64,000 nucleotides of DNA from Candidatus Pacearchaeota archaeon (GCA_050302495.1 JBNLBP010000001.1:191269-255268), one strand, 5' to 3'; positions 1 to 9,264 are shown, counted from the first letter of the stretch. A program made the numbers and translations. Notes: a model not told the origin generated them from the letters alone.

Positions 1-3
1 TAT

Positions 4-708
4 TTGGTCGAGGACAGCAGGGAAGAATTTTCTATGGAAAATATAGAAAAGAAAGTTTTGATGTATAGAATGCAGGCAGGAAATCCAATAAATAATCCAA
101 AGTTTCCGATTAAAGAATCTCCTCAATTAACAAGGTTATTGTTTCATCTTTTAGGTGATGGCTATGCAGGAAAGAAAGGAGAGAATGCGGGATATAGAAA
201 CACTTGTAAAGAACTTTTGGAAGAATTTAAAGAAGATTTGAAGATATTTGGAGATGTGCCTCTTTATGAACAAGAATATTCAGTAAAGTTCCCAAGAATT
301 TTAGCTAAAATTATTGAAGATTTTTATTGTGTGGATTGTGGTTGTTATAATAGTAATATTTCAAGAAATATTCTTAGAATTTCAAAAGAAAATCTATGTT
401 TTGGCATAAGAGCTTTTACAGATGATGAAGGATGTGTTTATCCTTATATAATTAGAATTACTTCTGCTAATTTGAATCTTCTTAGTGGAATTAAGGACAT
501 TTTGGATTTTTTGAAAATAAAAAATAATGAAATAAAATTTCAATTCAATTCAAAATCAAAATATGGGAAAGTTTATTATTTGGATGTTAGAGATTTAGAA
601 ACTTATAGAAGATTAATTGGGTTTACATCTCCGAAGAAAAAAGAATTGCTGGATAATTATGTGAAAAGAATTAAAAGCATAAGAAGAAAGAAGCTACTCA
701 AGACCTAA
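4..708 (+). CDS. LAGLIDADG-type homing endonuclease-like protein (double motif), 5' end probably truncated by window edge
   Basis: Motifs LLFHLLGDGYAG and IRAFTDDEGCVY resemble two LAGLIDADG dodecapeptides in one chain. The first in-frame start-like codon at nt 4 is TTG right at the window edge, so the ORF likely continues upstream. The 3' end overlaps the 3' end of convergent ftsY by 15 nt. Confidence 0.55.
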   Translation: MVEDSREEFSMENIEKKVLMYRMQAGNPINNPKFPIKESPQLTRLLFHLLGDGYAGKKGENAGYRNTCKELLEEFKEDLKIFGDVPLYEQEYSVKFPRILAKIIEDFYCVDCGCYNSNISRNILRISKENLCFGIRAFTDDEGCVYPYIIRITSANLNLLSGIKDILDFLKIKNNEIKFQFNSKSKYGKVYYLDVRDLETYRRLIGFTSPKKKELLDNYVKRIKSIRRKKLLKT

Positions 709-1971
709 ACTATTTATGAAGTCGGTTCTATTGAATGGAATTAAATCATCTAATCTCTGTCCAGTGCCCAAATAAAGTATTGGTTTGCCTGTTGTTGCTC
801 CAACACTTAAGGCAGTTCCACCTTTTTCATCTATATCTGCTTTTGTAAGTATTATTCCATCAATTTTTACTGATTTGTCAAATTCTTTTACTTGTTCTAT
901 GATATCATTTCCAGTAATTGATTCTCCAACAAATATCTTTAAATCAGGTTTGCAAACTCTTGTAACTTTTTCTATCTGAGCCATAAGGTTCTTTTCAGTG
1001 TGCATTCTTCCAGCTGTATCTATTAGAACTACATCAATTTCATTTTTCTCTGCATATTTTATTGCATCAAAACCTACTGAAGCTGGGTCTGACCCGTATT
1101 CGTGAGCAATAACTTTTGTCCCTAAAACTTCTGAGTGTTTCTTTAATTGTTCAATTGATGCGGCTCGGAAAGTATCTCCTGCTGCTAAAACAGAGGTTAA
1201 ATTATTTCTTGATAGTAAGTCTGAGATTTTTGCTATCGTGGTGGTTTTTCCTGTTCCATTAATTCCACAGAAAAGTATTATGTATGGTTTCTTTTGTTCT
1301 TTTCCACGGTATAATTTTATGTTTTTTATTACGTTAAATGGTTCGACTAATAATTCATAGATTATATCTTTCAGAGTCTCATTTATTTGAAATTCCATTT
1401 CTTTCTTTAGGAATTCTTTGTCAACAATTCTTTCTTTTAGTTGTTCTATTATTTTTTCAGATACTTCAAATGCAACGTTATTCTCTAAAAGAATTATTTC
1501 AAGATCTTCTGCATATTTCCAAAAATCTTTTTCAGATATTTTTACTTTATTTATTTTGGAAGTGAATTTTCCTAATATTGACTTTTTTGGAGTTTCTTTC
1601 TTTTCTATTAATTCCTCTTCTATTTCTTTTATTTTTTCTGTATCTGGTTCATAGATCTGCCTCCCTTCATTATATTTTAAAGGGGTTTCTATTAATTCAG
1701 GTATTGTTTCTTTTTCTTCATATTCAGGAGGCTCTATTTCAGGTATTTCTGGGACTATTCCTTCTTTGACTTTTGTTTTGGCCTTTTTTGCTTGATTTTG
1801 GGCTTTCTCAGATTTCTTCTCTTTTTTTGCTTTCTTAGTTTCTTCTTGTTTTGGAGCTTTTTCCAATTCTGTTTCTTCTACTTCTTGAATTATCTCTTCT
1901 ACTGATTCTTCACTCTTTTTTGACAGCCCTTTTGTCCAGGATTTCAATCTATCTTTAAGTTTTCCAAACAT
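694..1971 (-). CDS. ftsY: Signal recognition particle receptor FtsY
   Basis: SRP GTPase NG domain motifs: GINGTGKTTT (G1), DTAGR (G3), TKADID (G4). K/E-rich low-complexity N-terminal extension. ATG at 1969-1971. Confidence 0.9.
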   Translation of the reverse strand: MFGKLKDRLKSWTKGLSKKSEESVEEIIQEVEETELEKAPKQEETKKAKKEKKSEKAQNQAKKAKTKVKEGIVPEIPEIEPPEYEEKETIPELIETPLKYNEGRQIYEPDTEKIKEIEEELIEKKETPKKSILGKFTSKINKVKISEKDFWKYAEDLEIILLENNVAFEVSEKIIEQLKERIVDKEFLKKEMEFQINETLKDIIYELLVEPFNVIKNIKLYRGKEQKKPYIILFCGINGTGKTTTIAKISDLLSRNNLTSVLAAGDTFRAASIEQLKKHSEVLGTKVIAHEYGSDPASVGFDAIKYAEKNEIDVVLIDTAGRMHTEKNLMAQIEKVTRVCKPDLKIFVGESITGNDIIEQVKEFDKSVKIDGIILTKADIDEKGGTALSVGATTGKPILYLGTGQRLDDLIPFNRTDFINSLGLE

Positions 1972-2069
1972 GTTTTTAAAAGAAATCTATTATTTATAAT
2001 ATTAACTCTGTTACCACTCTTATTTTGTCTAAATTTTTATAAATAATTTGGTTCTTGTATTTCTATAAA

Positions 2070-3323
2070 ATGAAGGGTATATTTGTTATAATGGATGGGC
2101 TGGGTGATTTGCCTCATCCCATGTTGAAGGATGAAACTCCTTTAGAGGCCGCTAGAACATTAAATATGGACTTTTTTGCTGCTAGAGGGGAGTTGGGCTA
2201 TGTTTATTCTGTTAAGCCTGGTTTTGTTCCAGAGTCAGACGAGGCAATTGTTTCTTTGTTTGGGAATGAGTTGATTTCTAGCTCAAGAGGGCAGCTTGAG
2301 GCTCGGGGTGCAGATATGAAGCTTACTAGAGGAGATCTTGCTTTGAGAATTAATTTTTCTGCAATTGATTCTTTAGATGAAGGGAAGAAGAATATCTTGG
2401 ATAGGCGGTCTGGAAGGACTCTTAGCACCAAAGAAGCGGAACAACTTTCTAAGGCAATAAATAAAATTAAGATGCCGGTCAAATTTGAATTTAAACCCAC
2501 AATTCAGCATAGGGCAGCTTTGGTTTTCAAAGGAGGGTTTTCTGACAATGTTTCAGGGAATGATATGGCTTATGAGGCTGGTAAGAATAAAATTTTTGAT
2601 AAAGTGGTTAAATGTAGACCTCTTGATGAAGAGGACAACACGCAATATACTGCGAATATATTAAATGAATTTTTGGAAAAGGTTTACGATGCTTTAAAGG
2701 ATCACCCTGTTAACGTTGAGAGGGTTAAGAAAGGTCTTATGCCTGCAAATTACCTTTTAGTGCGTGGAGCAGGTATTGAACCTCCAAAATTAAAACAATA
2801 TAAAAAATGGGTTTCTGCTAGCTATATGCCTTTGGAGATTGGTTTTTCAAAAGTATGTGGTATGAAAAATTTTTCTTTCGAATATCCAAAACTAAAATCT
2901 TTAGATGCTTATGAGAATCTTTGGAGAGGTTTAAGGAAAGCTTGTAAGAACGCTATTAAAGTTATAAGTAAAAACCATAAGAAATTTGATTATGCTTATA
3001 TACATTTAAAGGAGACAGATCTTCCAGGACATGATAACAAACCTGTTGAGAAGAAATTAATGTTGGAATATATAGATATGACTCTCTTTAAATTCTTGAG
3101 AAAGTTCTGTCCTTCTAAGCAAGTTAGACTTTTGGTTACAGGAGATCATTCTACTCCTTGTAAGCTTAAAGCTCATTCAGCCGATCCAGTTCCTTTGCTG
3201 TATTATCCTGCTGAAGAAGTTAAGCCTGAAGAGAGACATTTTAATGAAAAGGAAGCTAAAAAAGGTAGTTTAGGAAAGATTGTAGGTAAGGATTTGTTCA
3301 AGAAAGTTAAGTTTTTGAAATAG
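2070..3323 (+). CDS. apgM: 2,3-bisphosphoglycerate-independent phosphoglycerate mutase, archaeal type
   Basis: N-terminus IMDGLGD and VTGDHSTP motif typical of archaeal ApgM. ATG chosen at 2070 (MKGIF); the ORF-track start at 2055 is also possible. Confidence 0.85.
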   Translation: MKGIFVIMDGLGDLPHPMLKDETPLEAARTLNMDFFAARGELGYVYSVKPGFVPESDEAIVSLFGNELISSSRGQLEARGADMKLTRGDLALRINFSAIDSLDEGKKNILDRRSGRTLSTKEAEQLSKAINKIKMPVKFEFKPTIQHRAALVFKGGFSDNVSGNDMAYEAGKNKIFDKVVKCRPLDEEDNTQYTANILNEFLEKVYDALKDHPVNVERVKKGLMPANYLLVRGAGIEPPKLKQYKKWVSASYMPLEIGFSKVCGMKNFSFEYPKLKSLDAYENLWRGLRKACKNAIKVISKNHKKFDYAYIHLKETDLPGHDNKPVEKKLMLEYIDMTLFKFLRKFCPSKQVRLLVTGDHSTPCKLKAHSADPVPLLYYPAEEVKPEERHFNEKEAKKGSLGKIVGKDLFKKVKFLK

Positions 3324-3325
3324 TT

Positions 3326-4462
3326 TTGGATTATAATAATTGTTATAAATGGATTCTTTTTGGCTATTTTATGTCAGAAAGCTATAACTTCGATAAAAAT
3401 ATGTCTTTTGAAGAACTATATGATAGATATTATCTTCTGCAGATGGGAAAACGTGAGATTCCTATTGTAAGGAATTTCCTTGATCTTCAGCAGGGAACTA
3501 TGAAGATTCTCGGAGAAAAAGTCCTTAAGAAGCTTGGAAAGGGCAAGGATACTTTATTTTTGCCCGATAAGTCTCTTGAAGGCCTTGTTAAATTTGAGAA
3601 TTCTTTAGCTGAGGATAAAATAAGGGGTTATTCTTCAGAGATTGAAGGTGAAATTGATTTGCTTAAGAAAGTCATAAAGAATAAGGTTTTAGATTATGTT
3701 CATTCTGATAATTTTAAAGTTAATTTTGATTTATCTTATGGTGGTGCAAATTATGACAACCCTAATGAAAAGGCAATAAAAGAGAGCTTTTCTATGAAAT
3801 TAACTGGCCTTAATTCTGAAAGTGCTTTGGGCGTTTATTATGTTTTTAATGGAGATATTCCTCAGACTGAATTTTTTAGTGAGCAATATGGTTTTGCTTT
3901 AAAAATCTCAAAATTCCCTGAAGTTGAAGAAAAGATAAAGGAGATAAGAGAATTGCATGGCATTAAAAAGCCTCGAGATTTAAGTAGGACGATAGATGAA
4001 AAGGGAAGACATGAGGAAAATAATAAGAAACAAACTAGTTTGCTTTATGCGATTTCTGGTGAAAAAGAGATTTATGACTTTCTTAACGGGTATTTGAATT
4101 TGAATTTTGGTATTCCTGCAAAATCTGATCAGGGTTTTTTATTACCTGCTTTGGAAGAAAAGATGCTTCTTAAATTTGTTTTTGACTATGATAAAAGAAT
4201 AATTAAAAAGAAAAAATCTGACGAAGAATCAAATAAATGGGGTGTTGTTTGGACAGGGGATGTTAGTTTAAATCTTGTGGAGCTGTATAATTATCAAGGA
4301 GATTCTAAACCTAATAATTTTAAGAAAGATTCCTTTAGAGAACATAGCCATTTTGAGGAAGAAGGAGACCCTGAGAAAGTTTGTGCGGTAATTATAGAGA
4401 AATTTGTTGAAAAAGATTTGACTGATAAGCTTAAGATCGGATTGTCTAAGAAATACTATTAG
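3326..4462 (+). CDS. hypothetical protein
   Basis: Long ORF in the coding-dense region with K/E-rich composition like its neighbours. No recognisable motifs. Confidence 0.5.
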   Translation: MDYNNCYKWILFGYFMSESYNFDKNMSFEELYDRYYLLQMGKREIPIVRNFLDLQQGTMKILGEKVLKKLGKGKDTLFLPDKSLEGLVKFENSLAEDKIRGYSSEIEGEIDLLKKVIKNKVLDYVHSDNFKVNFDLSYGGANYDNPNEKAIKESFSMKLTGLNSESALGVYYVFNGDIPQTEFFSEQYGFALKISKFPEVEEKIKEIRELHGIKKPRDLSRTIDEKGRHEENNKKQTSLLYAISGEKEIYDFLNGYLNLNFGIPAKSDQGFLLPALEEKMLLKFVFDYDKRIIKKKKSDEESNKWGVVWTGDVSLNLVELYNYQGDSKPNNFKKDSFREHSHFEEEGDPEKVCAVIIEKFVEKDLTDKLKIGLSKKYY

Positions 4463-4530
4463 TTTTTTGTAACCATTTTTTAAATTACAACAATGATTAA
4501 AAAGAAGGAAAAGTTTTCTGAGGTATTACA

Positions 4531-5088
4531 ATGATAACTTATAATGATATTTATGAAGCGGCAAGAAAAGAAAGGTATTCGGAGCAATTGCAATCAATAC
4601 CTAAGAATTTTATAAAAGAGATTTCAGAGTATCTTAGGGAGAAGAAAGAGGCTGCTTCAAAGGGCAATAGTGACTTTTCTGATAGTGCCGTAAAAGTTAA
4701 GAAACAACTTGAAAATGCAGTTACACTTTTTAGGGAATTGATTATTCGTAGGAGGAAGAAGATTTTGGGCTTGGTCTTAATTGCTTCTGAAACAGGGATT
4801 TCTAAACAAGATTTTGAAAATATGCTTCAAATAGAGAAAGAATTGTTCGAGGAGATAATGAAGTGTGTTGAAGTGTCAGATAAAAAGCTTAGCGAGTTAG
4901 TTAGCGGTAGCGCTGAAGAAAAGACCTCTGATAATAATATGATTTTATTTTTGGATAATGTTGACTCATTTGTGGGTTTGACTGGAGAGAAGATGGGCCC
5001 TTATGAAAAAGGTCAGATTGCAAATATTTCAAAGGAAATTGCGGATATTTTGGTTCAGAGTGGTAAGGCAGAATTAATCGATAAGTAG
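4531..5088 (+). CDS. hypothetical protein (weak resemblance to GINS-family replication subunit)
   Basis: 185-aa alpha-helical ORF. The N-terminal Y-E-E-R-Y-S-L pattern is only loosely reminiscent of GINS A-domains and is not diagnostic. Confidence 0.45.
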   Translation: MITYNDIYEAARKERYSEQLQSIPKNFIKEISEYLREKKEAASKGNSDFSDSAVKVKKQLENAVTLFRELIIRRRKKILGLVLIASETGISKQDFENMLQIEKELFEEIMKCVEVSDKKLSELVSGSAEEKTSDNNMILFLDNVDSFVGLTGEKMGPYEKGQIANISKEIADILVQSGKAELIDK

Positions 5089-5164
5089 TGCGGTAATTCT
5101 GAAAGGGTTTTTGCAGTTCTTAAAAGAGTTTATAAAGTACGGTCATTTTTTAGCAGTAGTTAAA

Positions 5165-5482
5165 ATGGTAGAGCTTTTGACACGAGAAAATTTTGATGAG
5201 GAAGTTATGAATTCCAAAGTCCCTGTAGTTATTGACTTTTATGCGGATTGGTGTATGCCTTGTAGAATGATGGCTCCTGTTTTTGAATCTCTTAGTAAAG
5301 AGTTTGAAGGCAAGGTTAAATTCTTGAAGTTGGATACTCAAGCCCAAAATCAAATTGCTGGAGCTTTTAGAGTTCAAAGTATACCTACTTTGTCTTTTGT
5401 TAAGGATGGAAAAGAAGTGGATAGGTCTGTAGGTTTGTTAGATGAAGATTCTTTAAGGGATGTATTGAAGAAACTTTTGTAA
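5165..5482 (+). CDS. trxA: thioredoxin
   Basis: Active-site DWCMPC (CxxC) inside a typical thioredoxin fold sequence, VIDFYADWCMPCRMMAPV. ATG at 5165 gives about 105 aa. Confidence 0.85.
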   Translation: MVELLTRENFDEEVMNSKVPVVIDFYADWCMPCRMMAPVFESLSKEFEGKVKFLKLDTQAQNQIAGAFRVQSIPTLSFVKDGKEVDRSVGLLDEDSLRDVLKKLL

Positions 5483-5483
5483 A

Positions 5484-5831
5484 ATGATGGACTTTGGATG
5501 TGGTAATTTGGATTTGGATGAAGTAATAAAATGCACTTTTGGTCTTAGCAAAGCAGAATTTAGATTGTTTAATTTTTTTATTAAAAATTCTCAGGGGGAA
5601 TTTTCAAGTGATGATCTTTCTAAGAAAATTGGTTTGGATAAGTCAACAATTCAGAGAGGGTTGAAGAAGCTTCATGCTAAAGGTTTGCTTTTTAGAAAAC
5701 AAATTAATCAGGCTTCTGGAGGGTATATTTTCTTTTACAAAATTAAGAATAAGCAGGCAGTTAGAGAAAAGATCTTTGGGATAATTGAAAATTGGAGTAA
5801 GAGAGTGGATGAGGAGTTAAGTAAGTGGTAA
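5484..5831 (+). CDS. winged-helix DNA-binding protein (putative transcriptional regulator)
   Basis: Central LSKKIGLDKSTIQRGLKKLHAKGLL segment resembles a MarR/TrmB-like wHTH recognition helix. Confidence 0.5.
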   Translation: MMDFGCGNLDLDEVIKCTFGLSKAEFRLFNFFIKNSQGEFSSDDLSKKIGLDKSTIQRGLKKLHAKGLLFRKQINQASGGYIFFYKIKNKQAVREKIFGIIENWSKRVDEELSKW

Positions 5832-5861
5832 GGTTTATTAAATATTAAATCATGTTTTTTT

Positions 5862-6068
5862 ATGGTAAGTATAAGTAGGTTGATTGCAGGAATCTTTTTT
5901 ATCTTGTTGGGTATATTTTTTATCGGGTTATCTTTTGTTGAAACTTTGTTTATTTTGATTTATGGAATACCTTTGATTGTTGTTGGAATCGTTTTATTGT
6001 TAAATAAGAATGAGGATAAGATAGAAGAACGATTGGACGGAAAAGGTAAAACTTTAAATAAAAAATAA
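5862..6068 (+). CDS. small membrane protein
   Basis: 68 aa with two hydrophobic helices and a charged C-terminal tail. Confidence 0.4.
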   Translation: MVSISRLIAGIFFILLGIFFIGLSFVETLFILIYGIPLIVVGIVLLLNKNEDKIEERLDGKGKTLNKK

Positions 6069-6081
6069 TATTTGAATTAAT

Positions 6082-6408
6082 ATGAATAAACAAGTTATTG
6101 TAACAACAGCTTTTGAAGTTCCCAATAGAAAGATTGTTGAAGTTATGGGGATTGTTAGAGGGAATACTGTTAGAGCTAGAAATGTTGGAAGAGATATTGG
6201 TGCTGCTTTTAAGAATCTTGTAGGAGGAGAAATAAAGACTTATTCTGATATGACTGCTCAATCAAGAGACGAGGCTTTTAATAGGATGGTGAATGAAGCT
6301 GTACAAATGGGAGCAGATGCAATAATTGGTTTTAATTTTTCTACTTCAATGGTTATGCAAGGGGCTTCAGAAATGTTGGCTTATGGTACAGCTGTTAAGT
6401 TGAAATAA
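6082..6408 (+). CDS. YbjQ/UPF0145 family protein
   Basis: About 105 aa. Pattern VTTAFEVPNRKIVEVMGIVRGNTVRARNVGRDIGAAFKNLVGGEI matches the UPF0145 (YbjQ) family. Confidence 0.7.
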   Translation: MNKQVIVTTAFEVPNRKIVEVMGIVRGNTVRARNVGRDIGAAFKNLVGGEIKTYSDMTAQSRDEAFNRMVNEAVQMGADAIIGFNFSTSMVMQGASEMLAYGTAVKLK

Positions 6409-6447
6409 TTATCTTCTGTACATCACTGATTGAACAAAAAGTATTAG

Positions 6448-6663
6448 CTAAAATGTTCCCGTTAGAAATGCTATTATTGTTGAAAAATAAAGGTTTAATG
6501 TATAATAGACAAAACATACTACATACATTCCTATGAAAGTTATCAATGCTGTTTGTATTGTTATTGTTGTTCTTTTTGTTTTGAAACCCTTTATTACTTG
6601 GGGGATTAGGGCATAAGTTAGAAATATTGTTGCAGTTGTTAGAACTATATCTTGCCATATCAT
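6448..6663 (-). CDS. PQ-loop / SemiSWEET-like small membrane protein, possibly C-terminally truncated
   Basis: TM1 carries the PQ motif followed by a K-T-K-R-T-T-I stretch (ALIPQVIKGFKTKRTTITIQTALITF), as in SemiSWEET TM1. Only 71 aa. The alternative overlapping frame 6395-6658 is N-rich low-complexity and looks spurious. Confidence 0.45.
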   Translation of the reverse strand: MIWQDIVLTTATIFLTYALIPQVIKGFKTKRTTITIQTALITFIGMYVVCFVYYTLNLYFSTIIAFLTGTF

Positions 6664-6672
6664 TTTAAAAAA

Positions 6673-6762
6673 AGCCTGTGACCGGATTTGAACCGGCGAC
6701 CTACTGCTAACTTGTTAAATTTTAAGTACAAGGCAGCCGCTCTGCCACTGAGCTACACAGGC
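6673..6762 (-). tRNA. tRNA-Thr (anticodon TGT) with an 18-nt intron at canonical position 37/38
   Basis: Reverse complement folds as acceptor GCCTGTG/CACAGGC, D-arm GCTC-AGTGGCA-GAGC, anticodon stem GCTGC/GCAGT, loop CTTGTA..A, T-arm GCCGG-TTCAAAT-CCGGT. Intron about 6709-6726; its ACAAG segment pairs with loop CTTGT, giving a BHB-like helix. No encoded CCA. Confidence 0.8.
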
Positions 6763-6785
6763 GTAATTTACCGAAATCAAAATCG

Positions 6786-6793
6786 CTTTTAAA
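6786..6793 (-). promoter_or_regulatory. TATA-like box for tRNA-Thr
   Basis: TTTAAAAG on the minus strand, centred about 27 nt upstream of the tRNA 5' end. The same spacing recurs at the other tRNAs. Confidence 0.35.
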
Positions 6794-6868
6794 TTTTCCG
6801 CTATTTAATTTTAAATAGATGATTGCATTTGGCATAAAACTTATATACAAGTAAGTTCTATATTTGTA

Positions 6869-7315
6869 ATGAACTGGAGCTACTTTGCTGGATTTATGGA
6901 CGGAGAAGGTTCCATTATTCTTAAACCTCCTAGAGTTAGACTTTATGTGGCAAACACCAATAAGCAAGTTTTAGAAGAAATTAGTAATTTTCTTGGTTGT
7001 GGTAAAGTTTACGATATAAATATGAAAAACAAAAGTGATAAATGGAGTAAACAATATGGTTGGACGATTGCCAATCATAAAGATGTTCTTAGGATTTTGA
7101 AAGGTTTGAAAAACAGATTAATAATTAAAAAACAACTTTGTCAGGATGCAATTAAGTATATTGAAAATAAACGATGGCAGAGGAACTATTTATCCAAGGA
7201 AGAATTGCAAAAGTGGGTTTATTTAAAATCCAGTCGAAAAATTGCCAGAAAATTAGGTGTTAGTCAATCTGCAGTTTTAAATTATCTTAAGAAGTATGGA
7301 ATTTATTATCGGTAA
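6869..7315 (+). CDS. LAGLIDADG homing endonuclease-like protein (single motif, with C-terminal HTH)
   Basis: N-terminal YFAGFMDGEGSI is a near-canonical LAGLIDADG motif. C-terminal SRKIARKLGVSQSAVLNYLKKYG looks like an HTH. 148 aa. Starts 107 nt from the tRNA-Thr 5' end and abuts rps3ae tail-to-tail. Confidence 0.7.
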   Translation: MNWSYFAGFMDGEGSIILKPPRVRLYVANTNKQVLEEISNFLGCGKVYDINMKNKSDKWSKQYGWTIANHKDVLRILKGLKNRLIIKKQLCQDAIKYIENKRWQRNYLSKEELQKWVYLKSSRKIARKLGVSQSAVLNYLKKYGIYYR

Positions 7316-7921
7316 TTATTCTGTTTTTTCTTCAGTTTCTTCATCTTTCTTTTTTTCTGCTTTTGGTTCCTCTTTTGGAGCAGATTCTAGAACTTTCTTA
7401 ACTTGTAATGCTCTTATTTCAAAAGCTGAAAGAGGGTATATCTTCTTTGCTTTAAGACTTATTTCTTTTTGCAGTTTGTTTCTTAGTATGTCTGTGAATA
7501 ATTCTTCGTAAGTAAGGTTTTTTGCATATTCCTTTAATTCTTGATTTACTTTGTTTCTTAATGCTCTTCTTAGAGCTTTAGATACTTTTCTTCTTGTAAC
7601 TAAAATTGGTTTTATTATTAATACTGCATCTTTACAATCCAACTCAAAAGAGTCTTCTACATAATCTGTACCCTTTCTTATTATTCTCTTTACATAATAC
7701 GGAACTATTGATATTTTTCTAGGAGTTGAAGTTGCTTTGCCATCTTTTACTGATACTTCTGAATCTAATAGTATACTTTTTCCTTTGAGTATTCTTGTTA
7801 AGTCGTATTTTATGAATTTTCCTTCTAATTCTTCAACTTCAAATGCAATTAATTGGGTTTCTTTTCCAATTATAGGCATTTCCACTTCAAAAAATCTTTT
7901 TTTACGTTTTGCTATTGCCAT
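7316..7921 (-). CDS. rps3ae: 30S ribosomal protein S3Ae (eS1)
   Basis: MAIAKRKKRFFEVEMP N-terminus and overall profile match archaeal S3Ae. ATG at 7919-7921 chosen over the longer ORF-track start, which would overlap the upstream gene. Confidence 0.8.
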   Translation of the reverse strand: MAIAKRKKRFFEVEMPIIGKETQLIAFEVEELEGKFIKYDLTRILKGKSILLDSEVSVKDGKATSTPRKISIVPYYVKRIIRKGTDYVEDSFELDCKDAVLIIKPILVTRRKVSKALRRALRNKVNQELKEYAKNLTYEELFTDILRNKLQKEISLKAKKIYPLSAFEIRALQVKKVLESAPKEEPKAEKKKDEETEEKTE

Positions 7922-7922
7922 T

Positions 7923-8240
7923 TTATTCTTGTACCTGTTTTCCTGCTCGTTTATTTCTTGTTGAATCTCTGTATTTTGACTTGTTACATTCACTACAGGT
8001 GTACATTATGTTTGTCTTTTTAGTTGTTTTGGATTTTCTCTTAAATTTTGACACAGCTGGTTTAGATCCCCACTTTCCTTTATTTCCTATCCCAATCCCT
8101 AATCCTCTTTTTTTAGCTCTTGAAATTGAACCTCTTGTAAGAGTACCTCTTTTATTTCCAGTCGAGACTAGTTTTATCTTTTGTTCTGTTTTCTTTTTAC
8201 AATATGGACAAAATCTGTTTGTCTTTTTTGGAATCTTCAT
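7923..8240 (-). CDS. rpl44e: 50S ribosomal protein L44e (eL42)
   Basis: MKIPKKTNRFCPYCKKKT...TKKTNIMYTCSECNKSKYR matches the zinc-ribbon L44e/eL42 family. ATG at 8238-8240. Confidence 0.75.
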   Translation of the reverse strand: MKIPKKTNRFCPYCKKKTEQKIKLVSTGNKRGTLTRGSISRAKKRGLGIGIGNKGKWGSKPAVSKFKRKSKTTKKTNIMYTCSECNKSKYRDSTRNKRAGKQVQE

Positions 8241-8305
8241 AGAAATCTTTATTGGAGTTGGTTTATAAAGGTTTTTATAGTATGGTGTCACAGTTATATT
8301 TGTAA

Positions 8306-8581
8306 ATGGCTCGGGTAAAATTCAAAAAAGGAAATCAAAGAAAGTTTCTTCAGGAAGTTTTAATTCGGATTAATTGTCCTTCTTTAAGGGAACTTCGTAA
8401 AAGAGGTTTTGATGTTTCCTACTCTAGCTTGAAAAATTATTTTGTTGAGAGAAGATATTTACCTGAAGAATTGTTTAGGGATCTTTTGGAAATTTCGGAT
8501 ATTCAGGAGAAAGATTTGGACTTTGAGATTGTTGAAGACAATTATGGGCAGATTGTTGGGGGCAAGAGAAGTAGAAAATAA
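8306..8581 (+). CDS. hypothetical protein
   Basis: 91-aa ORF in intergenic context. No motifs recognised. Confidence 0.4.
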   Translation: MARVKFKKGNQRKFLQEVLIRINCPSLRELRKRGFDVSYSSLKNYFVERRYLPEELFRDLLEISDIQEKDLDFEIVEDNYGQIVGGKRSRK

Positions 8582-8618
8582 TTATTTTTTTAAATAGTCT
8601 TTATCTGAGATTTTTATC

Positions 8619-9128
8619 ATGAGCAATCAAAGAAAACCAAATTTAATTAGTAAGGTTTTTTATTTTAACGATAAGGTTTTGAAGGATCTTTATGGCATTC
8701 ACGAATTATTGAAAAGGGTCTCTAATGCTGATAATGTTACCAAAACCTATTCTATTGTTTTTCAATTTACAAGAAATTATTTAGAAGAATCTCTTAAATC
8801 GCCCTTTGAACAAGATTGGACTAACGATTTTAAGTCTATTTTGGATCCTTTGGAAGTTAAAGATTATTTGGATAAGTCCTCTTATAAGAAATGTATTTTT
8901 AATTTTAATAGGGGGACTCTTGATAATATTGAATGGGGGGTAAATTATTTGGGTAGTTATTACCCTCTTCTTACAAGAGAGGATAAGAATATTTTGTTTC
9001 TTGCTTCAGGAGTAAAGTTACTTGAAGATTTTATTGGAACAGAGAATTTTTATTCTGACTCTTCAAATTTTGATCTCGGAGACAAATCTAGAAACCCTTT
9101 TGGAGATTATGATTTTGAGTTAAATTAA
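8619..9128 (+). CDS. hypothetical protein
   Basis: 169-aa ORF ending 3 nt before tRNA-Val. No motifs recognised. Confidence 0.45.
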   Translation: MSNQRKPNLISKVFYFNDKVLKDLYGIHELLKRVSNADNVTKTYSIVFQFTRNYLEESLKSPFEQDWTNDFKSILDPLEVKDYLDKSSYKKCIFNFNRGTLDNIEWGVNYLGSYYPLLTREDKNILFLASGVKLLEDFIGTENFYSDSSNFDLGDKSRNPFGDYDFELN

Positions 9129-9130
9129 AA

Positions 9131-9202
9131 TGGTCCTGCGAGGAATTGAACCTCGATCTCATCCAAGTCAGGGATGCGTCTTAGCCACTGGACTACAGGA
9201 CC
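9131..9202 (-). tRNA. tRNA-Val (anticodon GAC)
   Basis: Reverse complement GGTCCTG-TA-GTCC-AGTGGCTA-AGAC-G-CATCC-CTGACTT-GGATG-AGATC-GAGGT-TCAATTC-CTCGC-AGGACC-A gives a clean cloverleaf. 72 nt, no intron. Confidence 0.85.
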
Positions 9203-9264
9203 CTGTTAATTTGAATTATATTTTTGTCTCCGGAAATATTTAAATATCTATTTATTCTATTTAC

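Noticed and set aside
4-708. Possibility that the first LAGLIDADG ORF is an intein within a host protein
   Set aside because: No flanking extein-like conserved sequence is visible within the window, and the ORF has its own stop at 708. The first in-frame start-like codon is at the window edge, so a free-standing gene with an upstream start is more parsimonious. This cannot be fully excluded without upstream sequence.
785-1769. Four plus-strand ORFs (785-979, 1338-1565, 1418-1654, 1578-1769) inside ftsY
   Set aside because: Antisense to a confidently identified conserved gene. Low-complexity F/L/S-rich translations typical of the reverse frame of AT-rich coding sequence.
6395-6658. 87-aa minus-strand ORF overlapping the SemiSWEET-like ORF
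   Set aside because: N-rich low-complexity translation in an alternative frame. The overlapping 71-aa frame has a coherent membrane-protein sequence instead.
7923-8291. Full-length 122-aa ORF for L44e, and the 225-aa version of S3Ae (7316-7993)
   Set aside because: The long forms overlap each other by 70 nt. Internal ATGs (8240 and 7921) match the conserved N-termini of L44e and S3Ae and remove the overlap.
9131-9260. TATA box search for tRNA-Val
   Set aside because: The candidate A/T octamers lie at -17 and -39, not at the about -27 spacing seen for the other seven tRNAs. No promoter is called. The tRNA may be co-transcribed or use a non-standard promoter.
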